A stretch of DNA of 64,000 bases. It comes from Chiloscyllium plagiosum (taxonomy: Eukaryota). The position numbers and the translations under genes were made by a program. The stretch covers positions 7,164,328-7,228,327 of the forward strand of contig NC_057720.1 in NCBI RefSeq assembly GCF_004010195.1. The letters run 5' to 3'. Shown piece by piece: positions 62,783 through 64,000 of this stretch; position 1 is the stretch's first letter, and every line of letters starts with the position of its first letter. The notes beneath the pieces were generated by a model that made no database searches, was not told where the DNA came from, and saw nothing but the letters and a program-made list of their open reading frames with translations.

Positions 62783-62989
62783 TGTGGAGATGCCAGTGTT
62801 GGACTGGGGTGGACAAACTCAGAAGCCACTTGACACTGGGTTATAGTCCAACAGGTTTATTTGAAATTACAAGATTTCGGAGCACAGCTCCTTCGTCAGA
62901 TGAAGTGATGAAGAAGCAACATTCCAAAAGCTCGTGATTTCAAATAAACTTGTTGGACTATAACCTGGAGCCAAGTGACTTCTGACTTC
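62783..62989. mobile_element. Penelope-derived family B hairpin with 9-bp TSD
   Basis: ATTTAATGA at 62774-62782 and 62990-62998. Minus-strand core CTGACGA-A-GGAGC-TGT-GCTCC-GAAA. Confidence 0.82.
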
Positions 62990-63459
62990 ATTTAATGAGA
63001 TTATAGATATTCAACCCTACTCATCCTCCCCAGCACTCAAGGTGACAAAAGCCAAACAATTTGCTATGTCAATATATGAGTGTGTGTTGTGTGTGTGAGA
63101 GAGAGAATGTGTGCGAGTGTGCATGTGTGAAAGAGAGTGAGTGTATGTGATTATGACTGTGTATGCATGTCCTTGACTTTGAATTGTTTTTAATTTAAAT
63201 AATTTTATTGTCACATGTATTTTCTAGTGAGAAAAACAGCAAAATACAGTTTCTCCACTGTCATCATGATTTGGGGTCATTTTAAATAGTTTTAAGAATA
63301 AGAAAACAAAAAATCTAGCTTAAAGAGAGTCCATCGATCCTGAGTCAGCTCATCATCAACGATACCTGCATCACTATGCCTCTCCACCACCTCTCTGTCG
63401 TCTACCCTACCAACCTCAAGTTGCCACTCTTTAGGTGCCATCTGTCACCTTCAGAATAA

Positions 63460-63885
63460 CTGTTGTTGTGTGTTTGTGCATGTGTCAGTGTGTGTGTGCA
63501 CATGTATATGAGAAAGTGTGAGTGTGTGTGTATGTGTGCATGTGGGTGCATGTGTGCTTGCGTGAGTGTGTCTGTGGGTTTGTGTATGCTTTCATCATCA
63601 TGCGCATTTGTGTGTAAGTGCATGTGCTTGCTTATGTATGTGTGTGCATGTGTGTGCTTGCGTGTGTTTGCATGAGTGTATATGTGCGTGTGTATGTGAG
63701 TGCATTTGTGCATGTAAGACAGCATGCGCATGTGCATGTATGCATGTGGGTGTGTATGATTGTGTGAGTACATGTGTGTATCTCTGGGATAGATACGGGG
63801 TGGGGCATGAGGATGGATGTGGGTGCGTGAGTACATGTGTGTATCTCTGGGGTAGATATGGGGTGGGGCATGAGGATGTGTGAGG
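63460..63885. repeat. Degenerate (TG)n low-complexity region with a 63-bp-period duplication
   Basis: TG/CA-rich; GTGAGTACATGTGTGTATCTCTGGG...GGGGCATGAGGATG starts at 63764 and 63827. Confidence 0.9.
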
Positions 63886-64000
63886 AAATAAGCACCCAAT
63901 GCTTCTCAAAACCTGTTTCTTTTTACTTGTTCTGAAGATTAAGGTCAAAACAAAATCTTCAAAACGTACAAGTTTCAATCTGAAAACATCTACCAATGAT

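Noticed and set aside
31707..64000. Expected upstream lectin exon (RRELSCEGY...ANYGRTD-type sequence)
   Set aside because: Not found by eye or in the ORF track. It probably lies beyond the window; a TBLASTN search would settle this.

Overview
Eukaryotic, repeat-dense DNA. The HE1-type V-SINEs, CR1/HER1-type LINEs and DeuSINE-type repeats point to an elasmobranch (shark). The window is the interior of a minus-strand latrophilin gene (adhesion GPCR ADGRL, closest to ADGRL2). Three coding exons are visible: the second half of the rhamnose-binding lectin domain (31597-31706), a 15-nt KVEQK microexon absent from the ORF track (9722-9736) and the 801-nt olfactomedin-domain exon (8223-9023). The rest is intron filled with nested retroelements, plus an 885-nt N gap. 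The most notable non-genic signal is a set of short Penelope-like-element-derived repeats. They carry minimal hammerhead ribozyme motifs, often form inverted hairpins, and are flanked by 9-15 bp target-site duplications (TSDs). One appears to have copied about 140 bp of flank from another copy 24.5 kb away. Family names and paralog calls come from recognition by eye, not database searches. Repeat boundaries are approximate unless a TSD is quoted.
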